Source: Bilabrum cf. latius
Lineage: Eukaryota
Assembly: GCA_965178125.1 (NCBI GenBank)
Contig: OZ237754.1
Span: forward strand, 930,001 to 994,000
Direction of reading: 5' to 3'
Length of the DNA: 64,000 bases
The translations under genes and the position numbers were made by a program. Below are positions 48,948 to 61,365 of the stretch, piece by piece; the first letter of the stretch is position 1, and each line of letters begins with the position of its first letter. A model generated the notes under the pieces. The model was not told the origin of the DNA, ran no database searches, and saw nothing but the letters and a program-made list of their open reading frames with translations.

Positions 48948-50708
48948 TCAGTACCCCGGGGAGCGAGCGTCTATCTCGAGCACTTGCTCCACCACCATGG
49001 GCACCCGCCCATCGGCAGGTAAACCGCCGGTCTTCGGCTTGGCCACTTCAGCAGTTTCCTCCGCCCCTGCCTCGGCAGCAGCACCGCCTGCATCCCCCGC
49101 CGCTTTGCCCACCCCCGGCAGTGCACCCGGTTTGACCATCACCACAAAGTCGTGGTGGTTGAAGGTCGGATCCACGTGCCCGGGGACCATCCACACGACC
49201 TGCCCCACCGCAGGCAGCCCCGCCAGCAGAGCTTCTTCGACCGCTGCGTCACCCGCGTCCCCCTCACCGTCACCCTCCCCCGCAGCAGCGTCACCCCCCG
49301 CCGCACCCCTGGCCGCCCCCCGACGGATGTCCGCCTCCTCCTCCTACCCCATTGGGGGGGCGAACAGCTGGCAGTGCTCGTCGCTCAGCTGCACCGTCCC
49401 CTCCCGCAGCCGTCCCACCCTGGGGTCATCCCCCGCCCACCCCCGCACCGCCCACAGCTCGGGAGCACCGCTGTCCAGGCTCGTCGCCTTGAGACCCACG
49501 TCGAGCACCACCCGTCCCTGCGGCCGCCGCCCCTCCTCCTTGTTCCCTGGGTCCCCCGTGCGGCTCATCACGGTGCACGCAAGGAACAGGGAGTGCGCCC
49601 ACACGCGCCCCCCGTCAGGCCTGCCGTCCGACGCGAGGTTCCTGGCGTAGTCCGCGTCGCTGAAGGCGTACGACCCCGGCTACAGCTCGTTCCAGGCGCC
49701 CTCCTGCACGTCCAGCTGCAGGCTGCCCGTGCCGCCTCCAGTGACCACAGCGCACGCCCCCGGGCGCTCCAGCCGAGCCTCGATCGCCGACACGGCGGCC
49801 CGGGCCGCGCTCGCCGCGGCGCCCACAGCCCTGGCTCGCTCCGGCACCGACCTCACGTGCTGCAGCGCCCCCTGGTACGCCTGCACCCCGAGGAACACAA
49901 GCCCGGGCAACGCATCGAGGAGGGCAGCGAGCCCGGCCGCCTTGGCCGCTGTCCGCACCCCGCACCGGCGCTGGGCCGTGCCCACCTCCACGAGGGCGCC
50001 CAGCTCCACACCCGACGCGGCCGCCGCTTTGGACACCTCTCGCGCGTTCTCTTCGTTGTCGAACACAACGGAAACCAGCGGCTCGCCCAGAAAACCGGAA
50101 CCGGGGCCGGCAGCTGCCTCGACTCCGCCCAGCGAGGCCCGCTCCGTGGCGACGCCTTCCTTCGCGGCGGCCACCAGACGCGCGATCTTGCGGGGGCCCA
50201 CGCACTGGTTGGAGAGGAGCACAGTGAACCTTCGCTGCGCAGGGCCGGCGGGGCGTCCGCGTGACGGGGCGCGGGTCGCTTCGGAGTCGCTATCAGAGCC
50301 AGTCAGGGCATCCTACGGCTTGCTGTCGGCTACTGATTTTGCAGACGGTGCGTATGCTCGTAGTCGCGCGGCCGCGCGGAGCATCGCAGGGACCATGGCT
50401 TCAACCTCGCAGACCTTCTAGCACGTGACACCGCACACAACGTCTGGCGATCGCAAGCACTGCATCTCCGCGATGGCGGAAGACTTGTGCGATTTGATAT
50501 GGGGTCGAAGGCAAATATTTCCACCCATGCGTGCCCTGGATGCGCACCGATCCAGATTGACGTCGAACTCCTGGCGGCTCACGATAAGGCAGGGCGTCTC
50601 GATCTCATCTGCATCATCCCCGGCGCAAGCCGGCAGCCGACGTCGAACTGTTGCCCATCCGCAATCGTCTGGGGCACGATCCCTCTTTGCTGCTGGCGCA
50701 GAGTCCAT
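48948..50708 (-). CDS. Fold-type III PLP enzyme of the D-threonine aldolase / 3-hydroxy-D-aspartate aldolase / DSD1 family (~586 aa)
   Basis: IETPCL, LRPHIKSHKS, C*KVCEVEAM, GVQAYQG, GGGTGS, NEL*PGSYAFSDADY, DVGLKATSLDSG, SDEH and VPGHVDPT (* = TAG). Single frame ending at TGA. Confidence 0.9.
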
Positions 50709-50814
50709 ACCGAGTGTTCCTGAACGCGCATGTTTTCGGCAGGGGTCCGCAGCGAAAGTTCGCCTGCCAGAGGAAGCGTATTCGGAAAACATTCCGCGCA
50801 GAATCCATCAGATC

Positions 50815-53800
50815 ATGTCTGGTAAGCCCGATGAATCAAGAATATCCAACTGGTCACTCTTTGGGTCGTGGTCGTCGGGCCGAGACGAAGATGCCGCTGG
50901 CACTGCGACGATGGCACCGCTTGATGGCCGATCGAAACACGTAAGCTGCAGTGCGATCACGTGGCAAGATTGGCCTCGTCTACTATTATGTGGCGCTGCT
51001 TGGATGCATCTGAGCCTTCTGAAACAATTCACGTTTGCGCTATGGGTAGCATGACGCAATGAAGTCGCTTGCTGGTCGTTGTTCGGGTGCGTGAATCACC
51101 CTTGATCTAATCGCCGCACGATCTATCCCGCAGGCCAGCTCAAAGGATCCATCGGATTCCACCCCTGAGGGAATGGGCAGACGCTCATAGAGCATAGGTG
51201 ACGCGACTGCGGTGCATCGGGACACCCCACGGCCGCCGGCCAAAGGCGCGGACTTACCACCAAGAAACCGTAGCCGCAGCGTGGGGACACCAGTAGGAGC
51301 CCGTGGCCGGATCGAAGCAGGCCTGGAGCCAGCCATCGGGCAAGTGGAGCTGGACTCTGCAGATGAAGGCGGCGACAGTGAAAGCGCCTCTGGCTCCGCG
51401 GATGGGGCCCCGGCGAAACGATCGAGCGGCAGGCGGGTGCTCTGGAGGGACGGGCAGGCGGCCGGGAGCGGAGACGAACCCGCGCCGCGCTCATCTATGG
51501 GTCCAAATTCAGATCCAAACCGTCGCTAGAGCGGATCAAAGGCCGGTTCTGACGCTCCCGAGGAGAAGGGCAGCGGCAGGGGAAGCGAGAGCGAGGGCAG
51601 CGAGGGCAGCGAGGGCGAGGGCAGCCGGGAGTACCGGCTGGAGGACGTCAATGGGCGGCCCCTGGAGCTGGACCCTGGGTCCGATTTAGACATCGAAGCG
51701 ACCATCGGGGCGGCTCGGGGAACACGCAGCACGGGCAGTGGCAGTGGCAGCTCGCCGTCGAAAGGGGGAGGGCGCGCAGAGGGGCAGCAGGGGGGGCACG
51801 GCAGCAGCTCCGGTCTGCTGTCCTACATATGGCCATCTTCCTCCGGATCTCGGGAACAGCAGAAGGAGAAGGAGAAGGGAGGCGACGAAGAGAAGGAGAA
51901 GCAGTCGGGCCCCGCGCTGCAGCTGGCGTCCCATTCCCAATCGGGGCCGGCCCAGCTGAAGCACAGCACCTCCGACCCAGGGCGCAGGGAGGGAACAACG
52001 AGCGGCACGCGACCCCCGCGGGTGCCAGACCGACAGGGCTCGTTGGGAGGTTCCGCAGCATCTGCGGCGCCGCGCGCCCGCACGCGGGCTGGGGATCGTG
52101 TCCTGCCGGACGGCTGCTTGAGCAGCGTGGCTGTCGCCCGTGTTCCCCGGGTATCGAGGACAGGAGCGGGTGCGAGTGGGGGTGCAACGCGTGGGGACAC
52201 GCCCAAAGGGGGCGTCGGGTCGACCCCCAACCCCGATGAGCGGGCGGTGGTGGTCCGCGGCAGGATGGGCCGGCTGGTGAACCTGCTGCAGGTGCTGTCC
52301 AAGGGCGTAGAGGCGGAGTTCGAGGGCGGGCTGGTGCACGTGCTGCAGGAGAACGAGAGGCTGCGGGCCCGTGATGCCATGAGGGAGGAACAGGTGCTGA
52401 CTCTGAAGCGGTGCATCACTCGTCAGCAGGACGAGGTGCGGAGCCTGCACGCGAGGGTTAGGAGGCAGGCATCGGACATCGCCAGGCTGGCGGCTGCGGC
52501 GAGGAGGCTCAGGCGGGGGATGGTCTTCGGGGGGCTGGCGAAGTCTGTGGGAAGCACCATGGCCTTGGTGCAGGCGGCTCTGGGGGTGGTGGGCCAAGGC
52601 CAGAGCCAAGGGCAGGGGCACGGGCAGGGGCATGGCAGGGTATCAGCCTCAGCACGAAGCTCCGACAACGAGCAGGATGCAGCAGAGGGTGCATCGCACT
52701 GCAATGGAACAGAGGGGGGCCAGTCCTCAGGGGCAGCAGGATCCCCCGGAGATGGCCCCCAGGCACCGGCCTCGATCGGGACTGCATCAGGCTAGAACAA
52801 GAGCAAAGACGACACGCCCGCCGGATCTTATTCCTCCTCTACGTCACTCTCGCCCTCATCTTCCCCTGCGGCCGATGTAGAGGGCGAGAGAGACCGCGTG
52901 CTGAACGCCGCCGTGGCCTCCTTGAGGCTGGACATAGAGGCGGCGGTGTCCCCGCGGGTGGCGGGGGAACTCACCACCCCCAAGGCGGGGGCGGGACTGC
53001 GGTGTGACGAGGACGGGAGGAGCGACTCGGAGGGCGAGGGCGAAGATGCAAGCAACGAGGAGACCAAGGACCAGCGAGGGCGCGAGGGTGGGCAGAACAG
53101 CGAGAAGGGGGATGCAAGCGGGCCGCAGACACCAGCCGACTCGCCGCGCCGCACTGCCTCTGAGGTACCGGAGGATGTGCGAGCCCTACTGCGGCAGATG
53201 GGACTCGTGAAGGGTGGAGACGGGGAACAAGGTAGGGGTGGGGATGGGCAGGTGGTCGCCGGGGCTGCGAGGAGGTCGGGTGCATCGCACGGTGGTGCTG
53301 CGTTCGGCTCTCACGCTGCCTCTGCCCTGGACTGGCGCGGGGTGCACGGCTTGTTGGCGGACCTGATGGTGCGAGTGGAGGACGCAATGCACGCGGAGGC
53401 ATACCAGCATGAGGCGAGGACGGTTGCGGCGGCGAGAGAGAGGGGAGAGGCAGCGGGGGGATAGGGAACAAGGGGAGAGACTCCGTTCACTCCCCCCATG
53501 CGAGGGTACGAGGCAGGACCCACCAGCACGCTGGCAGTGGCCTCCACCCCCGGCGAGGTGGCCTTTGGGGCACCCCACCAGCGGCAGAGGAGAAGAAGAA
53601 GGAGGGGCACGGGGGCGGGTGGCAGGAGCAAGAGAGGTGCGGGGCGCGGCGGGAGGGAAGAAGGCCCCGGCGAGTCTGAGGACGGCGATTATGACGGGAG
53701 CAGCAGCAGCAGCGAGATCGAGTCGTAGGGCGAGGGAAGCGACTCGAGCGACCTGGAGGGTGAGGATGATGGCGAGGACGGGCATGGGCAGGCGATGGAG

Positions 53801-56278
53801 GAGCAGGAACGCAACGCCGGGACTCGCTCGGGTGACGAGTGGTCACCCGCTCCACAGCGCGGGTGGGCCGGGGTGGTGAGCCAGGCCAAACGAGCGGCCG
53901 AGGCCGGAGATAGGGGGCAGGGAAAGGGTAAGGGTGAGGGTGAAGGTAGGAAGCAGCCGATGGCCGTTCGCAGCAAGGGCAAGTCGAGAGGCAGAGACAC
54001 GGGCAGAGGCACGGGCAGGGACCGCTAGTAGCCTCATGCACGCACCGGCTCTGCTCTGCGCAGGCGCATCCAAGGCGTGGGTCCCAGCGACCGGTCCTCC
54101 AGCGAGGGCAGCGACACAGAGGGTGCGACGGGCACTCGCAAAGATTCAGATGCAGGTGCAGGTGCAGGTGCAGGTGCAGGTGCAGGTGCAGGTGCAGGTG
54201 CAGGTGCAGGTGCAGGTGCAGGTGCAGGTGCAGGTGCAGGTGCAGGTGCAGGTGCAGGTGCAGGTGCAGGCGCGTCCCGCCGCGGCCGGACCAGCACTTC
54301 AACACAGAGCGTGGACGTGGGCGACGCGATGGAGGCGCTGTCCAAGGAACTCGAGGGTCAGGGGGTGGCCGAGGACGCGGTGGCAGAGGAGGGTCTGCCT
54401 GTGGCGCGGGGGCGGGGGCGGGGGCGGGGGCGAGGGGAGGGGCTGGGGGCGCCACTGGGGGGGGGTGGACAAAGCGGCAGCACGCCCCGGAGCAGCAGTG
54501 GTACCAGTGGCAGTGCTGCATCAGGCCCGGGTCTCGATCCGAGGAGCCGCTTCGACAGGACTCTCGACGAGGCCGTGGAGGCCACGGGAGGCACGCCTGC
54601 CGATCGCCGAGCGAGGGGTGCTTCGCAGGCCACTCCTCCTCCCAGCGCCGAGGGGGCGGAGGAAGGGAGCCGGGCAGACGGTAAGGGGAGCATCAGCAAG
54701 GAACAGGGGCAGGGAGAAGAAGCTGAAGAGGGCGGCCAGAGGGACGCAGGCACTGCTGCATCCTCGCCAGGCACAGGCACGGCGCCAAGCACTCGTTAGC
54801 GCAGGACAGGGAAGCGCTCCCAGGGAACAAAGTAGCGCACCTCCCGCCCTCCTCGCAGACGACCGTCCGACGGCGGTGCCAAGGAGGCGGACGAGGAGGA
54901 AGGCGCAGATGCAGATGCAGCGGCAGGTGCATCCTCGCGGGCCAGCAGCAAGGAGCTTCGGCTGCCGTACCTTGGCACACCCGGCACACCCCCGCCGCCC
55001 ACGGCAGCAAAGCGAGGTGGTGGGCGTTCGGGGAGGAGCACGAGCAAGAGCAAGAGCAAGGCCAGGGGTAGAGGCAGGGGGCTGCGGATCCTGTCGCTGG
55101 ACGGTGGCGGGGTCAAGGGGATGCTGATGCTGCAGGCCATCCGCGAGATCGAGAGGAGGGCTGGGCGCCCGGTGCACGAGATATTCGACCTGGTGGGGGG
55201 CACGTCCACCGGTGGATTCCTCATGGCCTCGCTGATCCTCAAGCGGTATCCCCTGGACAAGGTGGAGAAGATGTACCACCGGATCAGGTCCCAGTTCTCC
55301 CAGTCGGCCATGTACTCAGCGTACAAGACCGCCACCACGGGCGCCAGCCACGACGGGGAGGAGCTCAGCCGGGTCATGCGGGAGATGTTCGGGGACGTGA
55401 GGCTGGACGAGACGGCCGACTCGCCCAAGTGCTTCTTTGTGACAGCCGCGGTCAACTCCTTCCCCGCGCAGCCGTTCGTGCTGCGGAACTACGAGCTAAC
55501 CCCCGAGGCGGAGGCGGCGTCGGGCGTCTCCGGGACTAGCAACTGCTGCCTGTGGGAGGCGGTCAGGGCCACCACGTCGGCGCCCACGTTCTATGAGCCC
55601 GCGGAGATCGGGCACGGGCGGCTGGTGGACGGCGGGCTCGTGGCCAACAACCCCACGATCGCGGCTCTGGCCGAGGCTGCGGTGCTGTGGCCGGGGGCCC
55701 CCGTGGACTGCGTGGTGTCGCTGGGGTGTGGGACCACCACGATGAAGCCCGCGGACTACAGCACGCTGTCCTGGGTGCGACAGGCCGTGGAGATCTGCTG
55801 CTCGAGCCACGTGACCCACCAGCTGGCCGCGGGCGTGCTGGGAGACCGTTACTTCCGTCTGGATCCAGACGGCCTCGGTGACGTGCACCTGGTCGAGAGC
55901 AGACAGGAGGTGGTGCAGCAAATGCTGAGGGACGGGGAGACGTACCTGGGGCAGCAGGACTCGCAGCTGGCGCGGCTCTCGGGGATGCTGGGGCAGGTGC
56001 GGCGCTGGGAGCAGCGGGCGAGGGCGGCTGCCAGGCAGAGGAGGAAGCAGATCGAGGAGGAGGCAGGGGGGTAGGGGATGGAGATGGAGATGGAGCGGGG
56101 CCGGGGTGGGAGTGGGGGTGGGAAACGAAAAGGGGGCACGGGACAAGCGGCCCAATCGGATCGAGGGGAGAACGCGAAGGACAAGGACAAGGACAAGGGA
56201 AGCAAGGCCGCCTCGGAATCTGCCGGCATGCTGAGCTCGGCGGCGACGGCGATCGCCAAGGCGATGGGCAGGGGCTGA
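50815..56278 (+). CDS. Patatin-like phospholipase (iPLA2-gamma/PNPLA8-like C-terminal domain) with a very long disordered N-terminus (~1,756 aa); exons 50815-50940 and 51134-56278
   Basis: LRILSLDGGGVKG, FDLVGGTSTG, WEAVRATTSAPTFY, DGGLVANNP and VSLGCG. Eight track ORFs in frame +2 are joined by TAGs. The first exon is less certain. Confidence 0.85.
54152..54270 (+). repeat. (GCAGGT)n microsatellite, ~20 copies, encoding (Ala-Gly)n
   Basis: Perfect hexamer run seen directly. Confidence 0.95.
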
Positions 56279-56448
56279 ATCGGAGGCGGGTTTTCCTTCC
56301 TGGATTGGCGTGCGGCGGGTGCGAGACTTCGAGAAAAGATGATCAGTTTTGAATTTGTGCTTGCTCAAGCCTGCGCTTAAAGATGAAGATGTAAACTACC
56401 TTTCCTGCACAGGAACTGTGTCGGTTCTCGCACTCTTCAACCCTGGCA

Positions 56449-58159
56449 ATGCATGCTTCTGGCCCAATGCGCGTTGCCATGCGACACGCTGCTATGAGTG
56501 GTGATGTTTAGAGTGCCCACAGATTACTGGTAGGCTGCTCTGAGCCCCACAAGTTGCTGACAGAATTCGTGAGGCCGCCGGATGGACGCCGGGCTACAAC
56601 TTGCCGCGTTCTTGATACGTTAAGTTCCTACGACTGTGCCCTCCCACCGCGCCCCGATCCTGATGTTGGCTAATTGTAGATTGAAATCAAGTTGTGTCAT
56701 CCGCCCTTGCAGAAGAACTGGCATCCAATCCACCACGCCGCCGAGGCTGGGCAATGGAAACTCGTCCACTTTCTTGTTGAGGCGGGGGCGGACATCAATG
56801 CAATTGGACTCGTTAGTGTTAAAATGTACTTCTGTTATTTGATTGCCGCGCCATCTGCCTGCAGGCAAGCGACGGCACCTACCACCTGGTGACCACTTCG
56901 CTGGAAACCGCAGCGAACCGCCCCGTGGACGCCCCTGCACCTCGCCGCCAGACGAGGTGACGCCATGTCCTGCCGCGTTCTGACTCGCGCAGGGGCTGAC
57001 GTGAACAGGGCGGCGGGCTCCTAGTCGACGACGAGCTTCATCGGCTACTACAAGCGCATGCAGAAGGGGTGGACGCCGCTGCACTGGGCCGCCTACCGTG
57101 GGCGGGTGGTCGCAGCCGCAGTGCTCCTTGCAGCCGGGGCCGACATGAGTGCCAGAGCAACCACGGTGAGGCCGAGCAAGGGTTCGAGAGCAAACTGCAT
57201 GCTTGTAATGCGTGCACTGTTGTGCAGCCTTTTCCATCCACAGGCTGCGCCTGTGCATGTACGTATACCTGTGCATATGCCTGTACCTGCATCCACAGAC
57301 CGGTGCCACGCCCGAGACCTGTGCCAGACAGCCAACCCATACGCACCTGCGGCAGGATGGTAACCGCGAGATCATCGCAGGGGTGCTGCGAGACGCGGCG
57401 GGAGACGGTCACAGTGCCGTGCAGCTGCTGCTGGACCGATGCTCGCGCTTGGACAGGCGCGACATACGCAACGCGCTGCGGTGGAAGTCGATGCAGGATC
57501 GTATGGTCGGGTGGCGACGGGCAGTGGAGGCCAAGAGGGATGCTGGGAGGGTGTTTCAAGCTGCAGCTGAGGGCAGGCCCATGGAGCTGGAGAAACGGCT
57601 GAGGCTGGGCAAGCTGGCGGGCGGGCTGGAGATGGAGGGCGAGGTGGAGGACGGGGGGAGTGGGACCAGGGTGGTGGGCCCGCTGGAGGCGGCTCGATTG
57701 GGGGGGCATGACGAGTGCGTGAAGGTGTTACGAGAGGCAGCTGCGGAGGAGGAGGACCGGCGGATGTGGAGGTTGCGGCATGCCAGAGGTGCTGCAGCGT
57801 TGGATCCGTCGGTTTGGGCCCATGGACGGATCGGTCGTGCTGGTGCTGGTGCTGGTGCCGGTGCTGGTGCCGGTGCCGGTGCTGGTGCTGGGGCCGGTGC
57901 TGGTGCTGGTGCTGGTGCTGGGGCCGGTGCTGGGGCTGGGGCTGGGGCCGGTGCTGGGGCCGGTGCTGGGGCCGGTGCTGGTGCTGGTGCTTGTGCTGGG
58001 ACCGGTGCTGGGACCGGTGCTGGGGCCGGTGCCGGTGCTGGGGCCGGTGCTGGGGCTGGTGCTGGGGCCGGTGCTGGGGCCGGTGCTGGGATTCAGGCAG
58101 CCCCACGCGCCTGTGCACACTGGCAGGCTGGGCCGTTCGGCGACTGCGTCTGCAGCTAA
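56449..58159 (+). CDS. Ankyrin-repeat protein, multi-exon, with a (Gly-Ala)n tract near the C-terminus
   Basis: WHPIHHAAEAG..GADIN, WTPLHLAARRG..GADVN and GWTPLHWAAYRG..GADM. Probable introns at about 56569-56712, 56812-56913 and 57166-57355. In-frame TAGs present; ends at TAA. Exon edges are approximate. Confidence 0.75.
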
Positions 58160-58771
58160 ATGGGAGCTATTGACATGAATTCCAGCATTATACATCGCTT
58201 GGTACAGGCTACGCGATAGATTCCCACCCCAACTCAACTCGCGGCGACAGACCACCGGTCGCTCCTCGCATTGATTCACTAGATCTACTAGCAGTGATTA
58301 AACGATTTTTCTCACTACTGGATTTATTTCACTGCCAGATAGCTCGGGTGAGCTTATACGTTCCTTCAGTCTTGCCCTTGGTGCTTCCTATGGATGACAT
58401 TTGCAGATTTGCACACAAAATTTTACTTCCATTCTGCCGTAGTATGACCCATACGACAGAACACGGCGGATGAGGAAGTACCCCGGGAGGACTGCACACT
58501 GACTTCGTGAGGAAAGTGTTACCCAATTTCAGGTAAATTGATCCTATCCGCCCCCATGTCCATTCCAAACAATAACAGCAAATTTCTGTTCAACAAAAAG
58601 TGAGAAGAAATACCAAGACAATGCATCAGACAATGCATCAGACTATGCATTAGGCTCTGCATCGGACAATGCCAGCGGGGTGAGGCGCCGAGAAGGGGGA
58701 TGAAATTAGTGTGAAATCTACCCATGCATGTACATTGGTATTTGTATATTTACATTTTCGATGGTCGATAT

Positions 58772-58854
58772 GCATGTTTGCCCGAGCTGGTCTAAGGGGT
58801 TGTGTTAAGGTCGCAATGTATTCGTACTCGTGGGTTCGAATCCCACAGCATGCA
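58772..58854 (+). tRNA. trnL-AAG: tRNA-Leu, anticodon AAG
   Basis: Acceptor stem GCATGTT/AGCATGC-A, D arm with TGG, anticodon stem TTGTG/CGCAA around TT-AAG-GT, long variable arm, T loop GGTTCGAATCC, and a T-run terminator at ~58860. Confidence 0.92.
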
Positions 58855-59134
58855 CCGAATTTTTATTTTTATAATTGCTTCTCCCCCCCACCCTCGACTT
58901 TCTTTGTTACTCCTTGGCCTTTCCAATTTTGTGCTCGCTCTGGCATTGTGAACCCTTGCTTGCGACCTGCGTATCATCTAATCTGTTAGGTCGTTCGATT
59001 TTCAGATTTAGTTGACTGAGGCGGAGCCAGTTAGAAAGGTAAAGCCAGCAGGGTCGATATCTTTCTGCGTCAATCCCCCTGGCGATTCAGCGTATTTGTA
59101 CATCGCAAGAAAGATATAACCAAATACGCACAAT

Positions 59135-60934
59135 ATGTCCGGAATGGCGCGAGATGGGACCGGCAACAACGATGTCATCGATCTCGTGAGCGATGACGAC
59201 GCAGACTCTTGCTGGAGCGGCAGTAGCTCGAGCGTAAGCAAACAGGACGCGCTAGGCCGTCTTGGCATCGCTGCTGCAGGAGTTGCGCCCACAAGCAGCA
59301 TCCAGATGCAAGGTAGACACGGTGCGCGGTGGACTGGTAGGGCGAAAGCTGGGATGGAGGCCGCTACAAGCGGACCGGCTCGACCAGGTCCTGTGTTACC
59401 ACGAGCCTCCAGCGGCACGGTATCGGATTCAAATACGAGCAAATTGGAACCGGCAATCATTGCAAGTAGTTTGAACTGTGCTAGCGCTGCTTCTGCTGGC
59501 CAAAAACGCGGTAGGACCGAGCGGGCCGGTCGCGGCGAGTCGATAAAAAAGAGTGATGGAGACAGCATGAGGGCGAAGAGACGGCGGGGGGAGGCCGGTC
59601 GGAGGGTGTCAGTGGGTGGACATATGTGCGAATTATGTGGGAAGGTAATGAGCACGATGGCATACTTAAGGCGGCATGTTGCGGTGGTGCACCTGGGCGA
59701 GCGCAAGCACGAGTGCGCCTCGTGTGGCAAGGCATTCGGCGAGGCAGGCCATCTCAAGACGCACATGTCCGTGGTGCACCTGGGCGAGCGCAAGCACGAG
59801 TGCTCCGTGTGCGGCAAGGCATTCGGGCAGGCAAGCAGTCTCAAGACGCACATGTCCGTGGTGCACCTGGGCGAGCGCAAGCACGAGTGCTCCGTGTGCG
59901 GCAAGGCATTCGGGCAGGCAAGCAGTCTCAAGACGCACATGTCCGTGGTGCACCTGGGCGAGCGCAAGCAGGAGTGCTCCGTGTGCGGCAAGGCATTCGG
60001 CGAGGCAGGCCATCTCAGGAAGCACATGTCCGTGGTGCACCTGGGCTAGCGCAAGCACGAGTGCTCCGTGTGCGGCAAGGCATTCGGGCAGGCAAGCAAT
60101 CTCAAGACGCACATGTCCGTGGTGCACCTGGGCGAGCGCAAGCACGAGTGCTCCGTGTGCGGCAAGGCATTCGGCGAGGCAGGCAGTCTCAAGACGCACA
60201 TGTCCGTGGTGCATCTGGGCTAGCGCAAGCACGAGTGCTCCGTGTGCGGCAAGGCATTCGGCGAGGCAGGCAATCTCAGGAAGCACATGTCCGTGGTGCA
60301 CCTGGGCGAGCGCAAGCACGAGTGCTCCGTGTGCGGCAAGGCATTCGGCGAGGCAGGCAATCTCAGGAAGCACATGTCCGTGGTGCACCTGGGCGAGCGC
60401 AAGCACGAGTGCTCCGTGTGCGGCAAGGCATTCGGGCAGGCAAGCAGTCTCAAGACGCACATGTCCGTGGTGCACCTGGGCGAGCGCAAGCAGGAGTGCT
60501 CCGTGTGCGGCAAGGCATTCGGGCAGGCAAGCAATCTCAAGACGCACATGTCCGTGGTGCACCTGGGCGAGCGCAAGCACGAGTGCTCCGTGTGCGGCAA
60601 GGCATTCGGGCAGGCAGGCAATCTCAAGAAGCACATGTCCGTGGTGCACCTGGGCGAGCGCAAGCACGAGTGCTCCGTGTGCGGCAAGGCGTTTGGCAAG
60701 GCAAGCTACCTCACGAGGCACATGTCCGTGGTGCACCTGGGCGAGCGCAAGCACGAGTGCTCTGTGTGCGGCAAGGCATTCGGGCAGGCAAGCAATCTCA
60801 AGAAGCACATGTCCGTGGTGCACCTGGGTGAGCGCAAGCACGAGTGCTCCGTGTGCGGCAAGGCGTTCGGGCGGGCAGGTGATCTCCAACGACACCATAG
60901 CACTTGCTAGGCTGTTGGGACCTTGCCGAAGTAA
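59135..60934 (+). CDS. C2H2 zinc-finger array protein, 15 fingers (~599 aa)
   Basis: 87-bp tandem units encoding CSVCGKAFGxAxxLxxHMSVVHLGERKHE. In-frame TAGs at 60047, 60221 and 60908. Ends at TAA 60932. Confidence 0.92.
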
Positions 60935-61365
60935 TCACTTACTCTACTTGGCACCTCCCGGAAGTCGAAAGCGGGCGCTACTAGTATCATGAGATCACAC
61001 GTTGTACACAGCACCCTCGTCTCGCAGACAGTCACACATGGTTGTAGTTGGTTTCCTCCGAGAGCCCATTCTCAAAGTTACCAAAAAGAAAACTGGCGAA
61101 CGCTGCCCCTCAGCGCCCGAATAGCACGCGGCTTGATTGCCGCTCGAGTCTAATTGTGACCTCTCAACTTCCACATCCGCATGTGGTCGGTGATCCGATC
61201 CCCCCTGATCCGAGTCACTCGTCACACATGCCCAGCCCCCACCTGCCCGGCCTGTGCCTCCCCCTTCCTATCCGCCGCATCAACCCAATGACCCCACCAA
61301 TCATCTTCTCCTCCACTACTTCCTCCCTCGTTCCGGTGAACCGTCGTCCCCCCCTCCCTCTGCTC

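Noticed and set aside
48948-50708. UAG read as pyrrolysine or as programmed readthrough
   Set aside because: TAG is far too frequent, occurs in tandem, and falls at conserved Gln positions in a eukaryotic genome.
58616-58673. Degenerate 12-bp tandem repeat (AGACAATGCATC) upstream of the tRNA
   Set aside because: Short, decayed minisatellite with no evidence of function.
58772-58854. Possible UAG-decoding suppressor tRNA
   Set aside because: The anticodon is AAG with a long variable arm: an ordinary tRNA-Leu.
59626-60992. Overlapping 400-aa ORFs over the zinc-finger array
   Set aside because: Shadow frames of the 87-bp repeat.
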